A stretch of DNA of 64,000 bases from a virus, in the IMG/VR virus record IMGVR_UViG_3300045961_000282, positions 1-64,000 of that record; one strand, written 5' to 3'. Each line of letters begins with the position of its first letter. Positions within the stretch are counted from its first letter, which is position 1. Shown here piece by piece: positions 1 through 8,695 of this stretch. Position numbers and translations under genes: made by a program. The notes beneath the pieces were generated by a model. The model saw only the letters and a list, made by a program, of their open reading frames with translations. It was not told where the DNA came from and made no database searches.

Positions 1-432
1 ATGGTGAATGTTCTCCCCCCTCACCCCGCATATCTCACACGAATTCCCGCTGCGCTCCCTGACCAGCGCTTTTATTTCCTCCCCGATCATGCTATATTGA
101 TCTTTTGTAGCACGCCAGCACTCCAATATCCCTTGACACCGGTACCCATGCCCCGAATGCTCCCATGCCTCTTCGTCCTCGGTCCCATGGTTTCCCCTCG
201 TGTCGTGCTCGTTCCTATCGTTCCCGTCGTTCCCATGGGTTCTGTGGGTTCCGTGGGTCCCGCTCCCCTGTTCCCCTCTCTGGTCTGGTACACGTCTGCG
301 CGATGGAGGAGTACGCCCTCCCTGTGCGCGCCGCGCCTTCGCGAGAGCGTGGGGGAATGCGCACGCACGTTGAGTAGCGCCGCGCGAAAGTGGGCGTGCC
401 GCGCCGAATTCCTCACCAGCGAGGCGGATTCC

Positions 433-1749
433 TCACAACAGGTCGAACAGGCTCGGCTCGTCATCCTCGGTCTTGGTCAACTTGTGGTGCGTCACCGGGT
501 CACGCCTCTTGGATATCCGTGCCACCGTCAGGTCGAGGTACTTCTCCTCGCGCTCGATAGCGATGCAGCGCATCCCCTCCAGCACGCACGCCTCAGCCGT
601 GGTGCCGCTGCCCGCAAACGGCTCGAGGACTGCCCCCCCCTGCGGGGTCACCAGCCGCACCAACCACCTCATGAGGTCCAGCGGCTTCACCGTCACGTGG
701 GCGACCCCATCCACCACGGGCCTCTCATCAGCCCCCGCCTTGGCGGTGTAGAAGAATCGCGACGCGCCGCCGAAATCGCCGTGGTCACGGATTCCCACGT
801 TCTCCGCACCGGCTCTCTGCATTCCGTGGTCCTGCGCCCACGACCCCCCGCCGCTCTTCTTTCCTGCCGATACCTTTGCCACCCCCGTGTTCGTCCCTGA
901 CTTTCCGCTCTGCTCATCAAGGAGCGCCGCGGCTTCCGTATCCAGCGTGACATTCGCAGGCCATCTCCCGGGAGCGTCGTAATTCGTTCGCTCCACCATT
1001 GAGAAATCGCCGTACACCGCATTGCCGCCGGGTTCGGTGCCGAAGTCGGCGTGCCGGTTCTTGTCCTTGCTCTCCCGCTCATCAGCCTCGTTGGCGAACC
1101 CGATCCGGCATCCATCGATGTTCAGCGCCCCCGTGCCGTGCTCCAGTACGTTCGCGGCCACCGTTCCCGCCAGCGGCTTGCGCGCCAGCACGATGGGCTC
1201 GAACGCCGGTTTCAAGGCGGTGGCCCACCCCTGCCACTGAACGGCCCCTGAGGTGGCAGGGACAGTGTCAGCGATCTCGATGTCCGCGTACCCCTCACCG
1301 GGGTTGCCGTAGTTGCCCCCGCGCATATCGCCCGCGCGCTTGACCCGCGTCCCCACGACCTCGCGCGTCGCACCCGCCGCCTTGTCGATGGCCTTGCTCA
1401 CGTCCATTGCCTTCGGGAATCCCGAACCATACATCCATACCAGTGAGTCGCGGATCTCGAATCCTGCATCCTCGATCGCGCATGCCATCCGGTGGTAGGT
1501 CCGTGTGCCGCCGAACGAGATCAGATGTCCGCCGGGCTTGAGAACGCGCAGGCACTCGCCCCACATCGCGACGTTGTAGGCGATCCCCGTGGCGTCCCAG
1601 CCCTTGCCCATGAATCCCAACTCGTAGGGCGGGTCGGTCACCACGGAGTCCACCGAGTTGTCGGAGAGTTCCCTGAGCACCTCAAGACAGTCGCCGTGGT
1701 ACAGGGTGACGCCGTGGTTGTCATAGTGGGGGGTCAGCACAGGGGTCAT
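433..1749 (-). CDS. DNA methyltransferase (N4-cytosine/N6-adenine, beta class)
   Basis: TDPPYE catalytic motif followed by EPFAGSGTT AdoMet-binding motif. Start refined to internal ATG at 1749 (protein MTPVLTPHYDNHGVTLYHGDCLEVL). Confidence 0.85.
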   Translation of the reverse strand: MTPVLTPHYDNHGVTLYHGDCLEVLRELSDNSVDSVVTDPPYELGFMGKGWDATGIAYNVAMWGECLRVLKPGGHLISFGGTRTYHRMACAIEDAGFEIRDSLVWMYGSGFPKAMDVSKAIDKAAGATREVVGTRVKRAGDMRGGNYGNPGEGYADIEIADTVPATSGAVQWQGWATALKPAFEPIVLARKPLAGTVAANVLEHGTGALNIDGCRIGFANEADERESKDKNRHADFGTEPGGNAVYGDFSMVERTNYDAPGRWPANVTLDTEAAALLDEQSGKSGTNTGVAKVSAGKKSGGGSWAQDHGMQRAGAENVGIRDHGDFGGASRFFYTAKAGADERPVVDGVAHVTVKPLDLMRWLVRLVTPQGGAVLEPFAGSGTTAEACVLEGMRCIAIEREEKYLDLTVARISKRRDPVTHHKLTKTEDDEPSLFDLL

Positions 1750-1792
1750 GCTAATACGTACGCACACGTCCGTAGCGCCGCGCGAAAGGAGA

Positions 1793-1826
1793 AGAGCCCC
1801 GGCGCCGTTCGTGGCACCGGGGCTCT
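1793..1826 (-). terminator. GC-rich hairpin between GHKL and methylase genes
   Basis: Perfect 10-bp inverted repeat AGAGCCCCGG...CCGGGGCTCT with 14-nt loop. On the minus strand it is followed by UCUCCUUUCG. Confidence 0.45.
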
Positions 1827-1840
1827 TCTGTTGGGGTTGG

Positions 1841-4084
1841 TCACGCGGCCCGCTTGGCACGCACCGCCTTCTTCAGCGAACCGAGGAACCCGGCAGCGAT
1901 CTGCTTCTGCGGGTAGTACCCACGCAGCGAGTTGGAGAAGTTGAACGGCTTGACCGCCTCGTCCATCATCTCGACAGTCACGCCGTCGGTGGGGTCCCAC
2001 ACTCGCGCGACGGGGTCCCACTTGCCCTGCGCCAACAGGTGGGCAGCGACGGCCTGTGCGCAGGCCATGTAGGAGCCCTTGACCGCCTTCTCGACGGCCC
2101 ACGCCTGCGCCGGGCCGTACTCAGCCTGCTTGTCCTGCACCGCCGCATAGATCACGGGGCTCTCCCCATCGACCCACTCGTCGGGCTTGGTGTACGGCGC
2201 GCCGTCGTGGAACTTGCGATCCGCCGGGGCGACTTCGGGGTCATGGCCCTTGAGCCACACCACTCCCGAAGTGCCGCTGCCCGCCATGCCCGGCAGACGG
2301 AACAGGGCCACGGCCCCGCGTGCCTCATCAGATGCCCACTCGGGGTGGTCACCGGGAACCCAGTGCACCTCGGGCAGCGCCGCTGTCACGACGGCCTTGG
2401 TCGCCCGCTTCCCGGTTGCCGTGATCTCGCCACCCTTGCGGTCACCCTCTGCGTCGGGCGTGGCGGGCGGGTTCGGATTCGGCTCGCCCCGCTTGCCACC
2501 CGTGCGCGGGTTGCGCCGCCGGAAGCCGGTCGTCCCGGTGGTGCGGACCTTCGGCTTCTTCCCGCCGATGATGGCGATCTCGCGAGTCAGTGCGCCCTTG
2601 AGCGCCTCCGCGATCCGCGAGGTCGTCTTGGCGTCCAGCGCCGAGGCGCCCGACGTGCCCGAGGCCCAAGCGGCGTCGAGCAGCGCACGGATCGCGGGGG
2701 GGAACTTCGCGTCGGACTGGAAGTCCCTGCCCCACTCGCGCATCAGGGTCTCGATCGGCTCCGAGTGACGGAACGTCGAAGTGGCCACAAGGTGCGAGCG
2801 CGACGGGTCCATGCCCACGCCGGGTACCAGCGGCTCGCCGGTGTCCCGGTTCGCCGGGCGGTAGACCTGCGGGGTGATGGTCATCCAGACCTGCTCCTGA
2901 ACGCTGCCCGCGTCGATGCCGAACTGGCGGAACCGGGGGTTCGCGTCGGCCTCGCTGACAAAGTCCATCACGTCATACAGGCCCAACTTGGACGCCGCCG
3001 ACACGGCCATGATCGTCCCGACGCCGCCGGGGTTGATCTCCGTGGAGGAGCCACCCTTGCGGACAGAGCCCGAGGCAAGTGTCGAGGCGAACTTCGTGAT
3101 GACCCAGTCCACCGTCGCGGGGATGCCGTCGGCAGAGGTGACCGCCACCGATCCTTTGTCCACGAGGAACGTCGGGTTGTAGAGGTGCGACTTCAAGCCC
3201 TTGATGAACCGCCACTGGGTACGCTTGTGGCCTCCCGAACCATACTTCTTCGGGATCAGGGTCTCGTCATCTTCGGACTTGGGCCACTCGGACTTCTCGG
3301 TCCAGATGCGGAACTCCAGCGCCCGCACGGTGATCGTGTCGGGCACGTCCCAGATGCGCGACTCGAGATACTTGGCTAGTCCGTACTTGCTGGACTCGGC
3401 CTCGCGCTCGGGGTCACCGAGGATGGTGTCGTTGGTGCCGTCGCCCATGAACACCACGGCAGTTCCGGTATCGGGATCCCCCAAGTTGTCGAACGCCTCA
3501 TCCATGACCTCCTGCCAGTCGGTTCCCTCGTCGAACGGGAGAGTGCCCGCCTCGTCGAAGAACAGGACCTGCGGGCGGTGAATGGAGCGACGCACGACCT
3601 CGTCGTCGTCGTTGAGGCCCCATAGGCGCAGCAGCCCGTACTCACCGACGGAGTCGTCGCGAACATAGATCGCGATGGCGTCGCCGTCCTCGACGGTGCG
3701 GGTCAGGTACACCACGCCCGCCGGGTTGAAGTAGGCCGAGGCAACCTTGGCGCCCTGCCCGAGGTTGTCCGCGCTGCCGCCGCCACGCGTCGAACGCCCG
3801 CCTCCGATCTTGTTGATGCAGTCGCTCAACTCGCTGCGGGTCATCCCGCTTCCGTTGTCGGCGATCATCCGGCGGTAGATGTTGCGGTTGCGGGCGGTGA
3901 CGAAGTCGGCGGTGAACGACACGAGCGTCGCGCCAGCCTCGATGGAGTTGAAGCCGAACTCACGCGCCCACTGGTACGCGCGGCCCATGGAGTAGGCCAT
4001 CTCGATCATGATTGCGTTCTGCCCGAACGTGGTGTGCTCCACGTCCGAGTAGGTGTGTGGCTTTGCCACAGTCGTTACTGTCAT
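1841..4084 (-). CDS. GHKL-superfamily (MORC/HATPase-like) ATPase, large multidomain protein
   Basis: N-box-like REFGFNSIEAGA, G1 box IADNGSGM, Gly-rich G2 region. Start at ATG 4084 (MTVTTVAKPH). 747 aa. Confidence 0.6.
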   Translation of the reverse strand: MTVTTVAKPHTYSDVEHTTFGQNAIMIEMAYSMGRAYQWAREFGFNSIEAGATLVSFTADFVTARNRNIYRRMIADNGSGMTRSELSDCINKIGGGRSTRGGGSADNLGQGAKVASAYFNPAGVVYLTRTVEDGDAIAIYVRDDSVGEYGLLRLWGLNDDDEVVRRSIHRPQVLFFDEAGTLPFDEGTDWQEVMDEAFDNLGDPDTGTAVVFMGDGTNDTILGDPEREAESSKYGLAKYLESRIWDVPDTITVRALEFRIWTEKSEWPKSEDDETLIPKKYGSGGHKRTQWRFIKGLKSHLYNPTFLVDKGSVAVTSADGIPATVDWVITKFASTLASGSVRKGGSSTEINPGGVGTIMAVSAASKLGLYDVMDFVSEADANPRFRQFGIDAGSVQEQVWMTITPQVYRPANRDTGEPLVPGVGMDPSRSHLVATSTFRHSEPIETLMREWGRDFQSDAKFPPAIRALLDAAWASGTSGASALDAKTTSRIAEALKGALTREIAIIGGKKPKVRTTGTTGFRRRNPRTGGKRGEPNPNPPATPDAEGDRKGGEITATGKRATKAVVTAALPEVHWVPGDHPEWASDEARGAVALFRLPGMAGSGTSGVVWLKGHDPEVAPADRKFHDGAPYTKPDEWVDGESPVIYAAVQDKQAEYGPAQAWAVEKAVKGSYMACAQAVAAHLLAQGKWDPVARVWDPTDGVTVEMMDEAVKPFNFSNSLRGYYPQKQIAAGFLGSLKKAVRAKRAA

Positions 4085-4111
4085 TTGTTCTGTTATCCGT
4101 TTCCCGTGGTT

Positions 4112-4134
4112 CCGGGCCACACGGTGTGGTCCGG
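4112..4134. promoter_or_regulatory. imperfect inverted repeat upstream of GHKL gene
   Basis: CCGGGCCACAC-GG-TGTGGTCCGG about 28 nt upstream of the GHKL start, inside a 170-nt intergenic region 4085-4256. Confidence 0.3.
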
Positions 4135-4256
4135 CGAGTGGGTCACGGCGCAGTGCGTCGCGTCCCGGGGTGCCACTAGCAGCCGAATATGCGTGGCTAG
4201 CCCAGCGTATCACGCCGGAGTCGAATCAGAAATGCGTCAGCAATCGGTGGCGGGGG

Positions 4257-4673
4257 TCACCGGCAGGTGTGCGGCGAACCATAGTCACACCCGCAATCCT
4301 CCTCATCCCACCAGTCCAACTCACGCGCTTCCTCCGCCGTGAGCCGCCGCGCCGAGCCGGGGATCTCCTCCCCGAATTCGTGCATCCGGCAGAACACCTC
4401 GTAGAGCACCGTGCGCACCGTGCGGGGGTAGTAGTCCTCGCCCTGTTCCTCAGCGTCGGCTTGGGCCTGTTCGTCATCCCAGAACGGCCAGCGCCGGTCC
4501 AGCCAGTCCGGGGTGCAGCACCCGCACAGCCGCGTGCGAGCCATCGCCTCACCGACGACCTCCTTGAGCGCGCCGCGCCAACCGAGGGCCTCGGTCCATT
4601 CCCGCACGGCCTTGACCTCGCGCATCTCCCCGCGCACGGTGCGGTGGAGCCGAGGGGGGATGGTGATGTTCAT
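4257..4673 (-). CDS. hypothetical protein (Cys-containing, acidic)
   Basis: Clean ORF with protein-like composition; last gene of the coupled operon. Confidence 0.5.
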   Translation of the reverse strand: MNITIPPRLHRTVRGEMREVKAVREWTEALGWRGALKEVVGEAMARTRLCGCCTPDWLDRRWPFWDDEQAQADAEEQGEDYYPRTVRTVLYEVFCRMHEFGEEIPGSARRLTAEEARELDWWDEEDCGCDYGSPHTCR

Positions 4674-4682
4674 GTCCCCATT

Positions 4683-5069
4683 CTACCGACGCGATTTCCT
4701 CGGCGGTCCCTGCGGGAACTTGATGAAGTCGCGATTCTCGGCGAAGAACAGCAGCATGTCCACCCGCGTCTTGGCCTCGGCGCAGACCTTGTGGAACTCG
4801 CGGTCGTCTTGGTCGAACGCCCGGCTGGCCATCTCGTCGGTGAACACCCGCAGCGTGCGCACGTTGCACAGGAAGCCGCCCTCGGCCTCCTGTGCCGGGG
4901 GGATGATCAGCGCCTTGTCCAGCGCCCTGTCCAGCGCCACCGTGAGGTCGCGCAGTGCGGCGAGCACGTCGCGCAGCCTGTTCACGCTCCCGGCCCTGCG
5001 CGCCTGCTGCGCGAAGTCGACGTGCTGGCCGATCAGGTTCAGGTGCCCTTCGATCTGCTCGTTCATCAT
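4683..5069 (-). CDS. hypothetical protein
   Basis: Starts MMNEQIEG; ATGA overlap with upstream stop at 5066-5069. Confidence 0.5.
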   Translation of the reverse strand: MMNEQIEGHLNLIGQHVDFAQQARRAGSVNRLRDVLAALRDLTVALDRALDKALIIPPAQEAEGGFLCNVRTLRVFTDEMASRAFDQDDREFHKVCAEAKTRVDMLLFFAENRDFIKFPQGPPRKSRR

Positions 5070-5452
5070 GCCGATCGCCGAGCGGGGAACTCGATGAGGT
5101 CGGTGACCGCCGTGCGCGTGCGCAAGGACCGGACCCGATCCAGCGCATCGGCATGCAGCGCCGTGAAAAGGGCCCGCTCGCAATTAGGTTTCCGGACGTT
5201 CCCGAACAGAATTTCGAGTTCGTTATTGAGCGACCCCGCGCTCTGCACGAAACTGAATTCATGGATCGGCCCGATCCCGACGACCACCGATTCGCCGAGC
5301 AGCCGCTGGAATCCTGCCATCATCGTCACGGCCCCGCGGATGCTGAACCGGACCCCGTCCATGTCGTCGTCCTCCCAGTAGTCGCTGGCCGCCTGCAGGT
5401 CGGCCTCGATGTTGCCCAGCAGGATCTGCGCGGTCTCGGTCCCGCTGTTCAT
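5066..5452 (-). CDS. hypothetical protein
   Basis: ATGA overlaps at both ends (5449-5452 and 5066-5069). Confidence 0.5.
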   Translation of the reverse strand: MNSGTETAQILLGNIEADLQAASDYWEDDDMDGVRFSIRGAVTMMAGFQRLLGESVVVGIGPIHEFSFVQSAGSLNNELEILFGNVRKPNCERALFTALHADALDRVRSLRTRTAVTDLIEFPARRSA

Positions 5453-5802
5453 CGCGGCTCCATGGGGAACGCATGGAACTCGATGCCCTCGGCCGACTCC
5501 AGCGTGAGCGCGAGGGATCGCTGCGCTTGGCCGCAGCGCTTCGCGAACTCCTTCTGCCCCGGGGTGGCGCGCAGCAGCCCGAGCATCGCGTCCAGATACA
5601 GCAGGGCCTCGGCGAACTTCTCCACCGCGTCCAGTTGACCGATGGCCAGATGCCGGTTCACCTCGCCCATGGCGTCGCGGACGTGTGCGAGGGCCACCTC
5701 GGCGTGGTCGCGTGCGATGGACAGCCCGCCGCCCACGTTGGCCACCGCGGCGTCGTCGAGCAGCCCCGCGATGGGCGCCAGCGCCGCGCGCGGGCCCGTC
5801 AT
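5449..5802 (-). CDS. hypothetical protein
   Basis: Translationally coupled to the 5799..6338 gene. Confidence 0.5.
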   Translation of the reverse strand: MTGPRAALAPIAGLLDDAAVANVGGGLSIARDHAEVALAHVRDAMGEVNRHLAIGQLDAVEKFAEALLYLDAMLGLLRATPGQKEFAKRCGQAQRSLALTLESAEGIEFHAFPMEPR

Positions 5803-6338
5803 CCCGCCGCGGCGAACAGGTCAGTCAGCCGGTCGGGAACCGCCTCGGTGACCTGCGGGGACATCTGGGTCAGCCACGCCAGCATCTGGGTCGCCGGGAA
5901 CGGGGCATCCTCGTCGCTGGTGCCCATATCCACGAAGCCCCCCGCGCCCGAGCGCCAGACCGTCCACCCGCCCGCTGGGTCCACGGCCACGTCGAGGCTC
6001 TCCCCGTTGACCAGCCACGTCACGAACAGCGTGCCGTCGTCGTCCACGGAGGGCTGCGGCGTCGGCGAGGTGATCCGCAGCACCGGGGCCAGCAGGTCGC
6101 GGGCGGCCTGCAGCGCCAACACGGTGCCGGTGGAAACCATACGAACCGTCTCGCCGGTCTCGGCATCAACGACCTGCCAGCCCACCGGGTTCACCACGCA
6201 CAGCCGAACGGCATCGGCCAGCGCCGCGTGCAGGTCGGCGTACTCCGCGCCGCGCGGAACCCCGGCGTTGTCGCACGAGATGCCCTCGTACCCGCGCTGC
6301 GTATACGTGCGCGTCGCCTTGATCAGGTGCAGCCTCAT
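5799..6338 (-). CDS. hypothetical protein
   Basis: Start refined to MRLHLIKATRTYTQRGYEG at 6338 (ATGA overlap with upstream stop). The N-terminal extension in the ORF table looks off-frame and low-complexity. Confidence 0.5.
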   Translation of the reverse strand: MRLHLIKATRTYTQRGYEGISCDNAGVPRGAEYADLHAALADAVRLCVVNPVGWQVVDAETGETVRMVSTGTVLALQAARDLLAPVLRITSPTPQPSVDDDGTLFVTWLVNGESLDVAVDPAGGWTVWRSGAGGFVDMGTSDEDAPFPATQMLAWLTQMSPQVTEAVPDRLTDLFAAAG

Positions 6339-6619
6339 GCTTCCTCCCACGAATCGTCCCAGTGCTCCCCCTCGGCGAACAGCAGCCGTACGCGCGTGCC
6401 CCAGCCCGCCGCGCGGAACAGGCTCTCGGGCGTGCAGTCGAACACGTATACATCCCCGTCCGGGCGCATCACCAGCAGTGCCCACGGGTTGTGCCACGAC
6501 ACCGCCTCGCGAATCCGCTGGTGCCATGCCGTCATGCTCGCCGGGTCGGTGCGCCACGTGTCGGACGGGAACTCCAGCACCGGCCCATCGGCATGCAGGG
6601 TCAGGTCCATGTCAGCCAT
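6335..6619 (-). CDS. hypothetical protein
   Basis: Candidate start MADMDL with GGGGGA RBS; contains REAVSWH (R-x5-H). Confidence 0.45.
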   Translation of the reverse strand: MADMDLTLHADGPVLEFPSDTWRTDPASMTAWHQRIREAVSWHNPWALLVMRPDGDVYVFDCTPESLFRAAGWGTRVRLLFAEGEHWDDSWEEA

Positions 6620-6980
6620 CCTCATCCCCCGAGGCCGAGAGCGGGTAGATCCCCAGCGGAATCCGCTTGCCCTTGTAGCGCTCGTTCGCCTGCGATCTGC
6701 GCTGTATCTGGAAGTCAATCCGCAGGCCCGATGCTCGGACATAGTGATCGGTGATGCTCACCTCGATGAAGTCGGCCAGCGGGTGCCGCGCCCGGCTCGG
6801 GAACAGCCGGTCGTACTCCTCATCGGCGAGCATCACCCGGATGTCCACGTCGCGGAAGTCGGCACGCTCAAGGGCGGACCCCACGAGGTAGGGGGTATCC
6901 AGCGCCTCCCTGACCACGAACGAGGCGAGGTCGATTTTGGCCAGTTCAGGGGCGTCGATGAAGCACCACTTGTCAGCCAT
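6612..6980 (-). CDS. minimal nucleotidyltransferase (MNT)-like protein
   Basis: LVGSALERADFRDVDIRVML matches the G-S-x9-D-x-D NTase-fold motif. Confidence 0.45.
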   Translation of the reverse strand: MADKWCFIDAPELAKIDLASFVVREALDTPYLVGSALERADFRDVDIRVMLADEEYDRLFPSRARHPLADFIEVSITDHYVRASGLRIDFQIQRRSQANERYKGKRIPLGIYPLSASGDEDG

Positions 6981-7332
6981 CGATGCCCCCGATCCGGCGA
7001 ATCTCGGCCTCGATGTCATTGAGCATGTCGTGCTCACGGGCATCCATGCACCAGTGGGCCACATCGCCGGACCCCGCGGGGTCGTAGATCTTGTGCCAAC
7101 TGGCGACGTATGTCGCGATCTCCTCCGTGAGGGCGCGGCGGATGTCCGGCTCGGTGTCGGCGCAGCAGAACTCCAACGCCCTCGCCTGCTCCTCGGCGCG
7201 GATCACCGGCTCGATGGCATCGATCACCGCCTCGGCGAAATCCCAGTCGCTGTCGGCGTGGCCAACAATCCCCTTGCTCCGGTTGGCGACGATGCCCCGG
7301 ACTGCGATCTCCACCAGTTCCTGCCGGTTCAC
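6973..7332 (-). CDS. hypothetical protein
   Basis: GTG start with GTGA overlap to the upstream stop at 7329-7332; contains RSKGIVGH. Confidence 0.45.
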   Translation of the reverse strand: MNRQELVEIAVRGIVANRSKGIVGHADSDWDFAEAVIDAIEPVIRAEEQARALEFCCADTEPDIRRALTEEIATYVASWHKIYDPAGSGDVAHWCMDAREHDMLNDIEAEIRRIGGIDG

Positions 7333-7679
7333 TCCACTCCCCCGATCTGTCGCACGTCCCAATCCACCACTCGCAGCGCGGCTGCATAGCCTTCGCGGTA
7401 CCGCTCGTCGGCGCCGAGCCGCGTCGATTCCACGTGCCTCTTCTCGATGGCCTGCACCATCTCCTCGGTCAGGTGCCGACGCTCCCTTGCAATGAACGAC
7501 GGGTCGCGCCACCCCAGTTCGATCATCTGCAACTGCACGGCAGGCTCGACCAGCGCGACGATCCGTTGGGCGATCGCGTCCGACGCGGCCCGGATTCCCT
7601 CCTTGTCGGTGATGTCCGAGAACAGGATCACCGACGCAGCCTCGCGCGACGCAGCCTCGATCAGTTCCTCGCGCGTCAC
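7329..7679 (-). CDS. hypothetical protein
   Basis: GTG start VTREELIEAAS with GTGA overlap to upstream stop (7676-7679). Confidence 0.45.
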   Translation of the reverse strand: MTREELIEAASREAASVILFSDITDKEGIRAASDAIAQRIVALVEPAVQLQMIELGWRDPSFIARERRHLTEEMVQAIEKRHVESTRLGADERYREGYAAALRVVDWDVRQIGGVE

Positions 7680-8068
7680 GGTGCGCCCCCTGCCCTGTGA
7701 ACGATGTCGGCATAGGTGCTGCACCGACAGGTGTAATCGTAATGCAGCAACTTGAATGGGCACTCGTCAACTACGGCCTTGCCGATTCGCTCTGTGACGG
7801 CGCTGCGCTCCTCGCTCAACAGGGTCGCAGCGATGTCGTTGGGGCTCCACAGGCATGAGCAGAGGTAGTTCAGCCCAGTGTCGTCCATCTCCCCGACGCC
7901 GCACGGCCCGCCGGGATTGGTGCCGTGCGGATCTATCCCATGCGAGCACGAAGGACACGTCACCACCGGCAGCGAGAATGGCTGGGGCGGGGCGGCAGAG
8001 CGCTCCCGTGCGCACCATGAACAGGGGCAGTCGGGATCGTGCGGGCCATCCATCGACGCGCGCCTCAT
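7676..8068 (-). CDS. hypothetical Cys-rich protein
   Basis: MDGPHDPDCPCSWCA...CPSCSHG...CRCSTY; multiple CxC/CxxC pairs. Confidence 0.45.
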   Translation of the reverse strand: MRRASMDGPHDPDCPCSWCARERSAAPPQPFSLPVVTCPSCSHGIDPHGTNPGGPCGVGEMDDTGLNYLCSCLWSPNDIAATLLSEERSAVTERIGKAVVDECPFKLLHYDYTCRCSTYADIVHRAGGAP

Positions 8069-8232
8069 TGCGCCACGCTCTGTCCGCGCTCCCACACCAC
8101 CGGATACTGCTGCCACGGCAGGTCCAGCAGCACCTTGATCACGAAGTCGGCGTCGACCGCGATGGCCGCGGTGAGGTTCGTGTAGATGCCGCACGGCGGC
8201 TCGCGGTCGTAGCAGGCGGCGTACAGGGCCAT
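8065..8232 (-). CDS. small hypothetical protein
   Basis: MALYAACYDREPPCGIYTNL...; ATGA coupling with the next ORF. Confidence 0.35.
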   Translation of the reverse strand: MALYAACYDREPPCGIYTNLTAAIAVDADFVIKVLLDLPWQQYPVVWERGQSVAQ

Positions 8233-8390
8233 CAGTTCTCCCGTTCGGATGAGTTGGACAGGGCAGCGAAGAACCAGTCGGAATCTGGCGGCGCCGGGCG
8301 CTTGGCGCGCCTGCGGTCGGCGAACGCGAACAATACGCCCGAGACGAAGTCCCACACGATCACCAGCAGCGCCAGCGCCGCGACCAGCAT
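8233..8390 (-). CDS. small hydrophobic (transmembrane) protein, about 52 aa
   Basis: MLVAALALLVIVWDFVSGVLFAFADRRRAKRP...; not in the ORF table (<60 aa); stop overlaps the next start (ATGA). Confidence 0.3.
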
Positions 8391-8401
8391 GAGCAACTCG
8401 A

Positions 8402-8695
8402 TCACAGCACCACCGCTTCCTCATCGTCATCGGCACTCAGCAGGTCCAGCACCTGACCCCGGACCCAGCGGGCCTCCGGGGTGTCGGCGGTCAGGGAACG
8501 CACCTTCGCGCGCAGCCCGATCAGGTCAGCGGTGAGCCGCCGGTTCGTCTGCTCCCAGAAGGAGATGGCCAGATCGGCCCGGTGCTTCTCGGCCTCGCGG
8601 GCGGCGTCGAGGTAGGAGCAGATGCACAGCACCGCCTCGTCGCCGGTCCCCACCTTGGCCATGTGGTCAAGGCACGCGGATTGATGTTCACTCAT
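8402..8695 (-). CDS. hypothetical protein
   Basis: Start MSEHQSACLDHMAKVGTG; ATGA overlap with 8692..8883. Confidence 0.45.
   Translation of the reverse strand: MSEHQSACLDHMAKVGTGDEAVLCICSYLDAAREAEKHRADLAISFWEQTNRRLTADLIGLRAKVRSLTADTPEARWVRGQVLDLLSADDDEEAVVL

Noticed and set aside
1-900. 299-aa plus-strand ORF covering the window start
   Set aside because: Pro/Arg/Ser-rich low-complexity translation antisense to the well-supported methylase gene; a typical high-GC shadow ORF.
1748-3379. 543-aa plus-strand ORF antisense to the GHKL ATPase gene
   Set aside because: Arg/Gly/Leu-rich shadow frame; the opposite strand has clear GHKL motifs.
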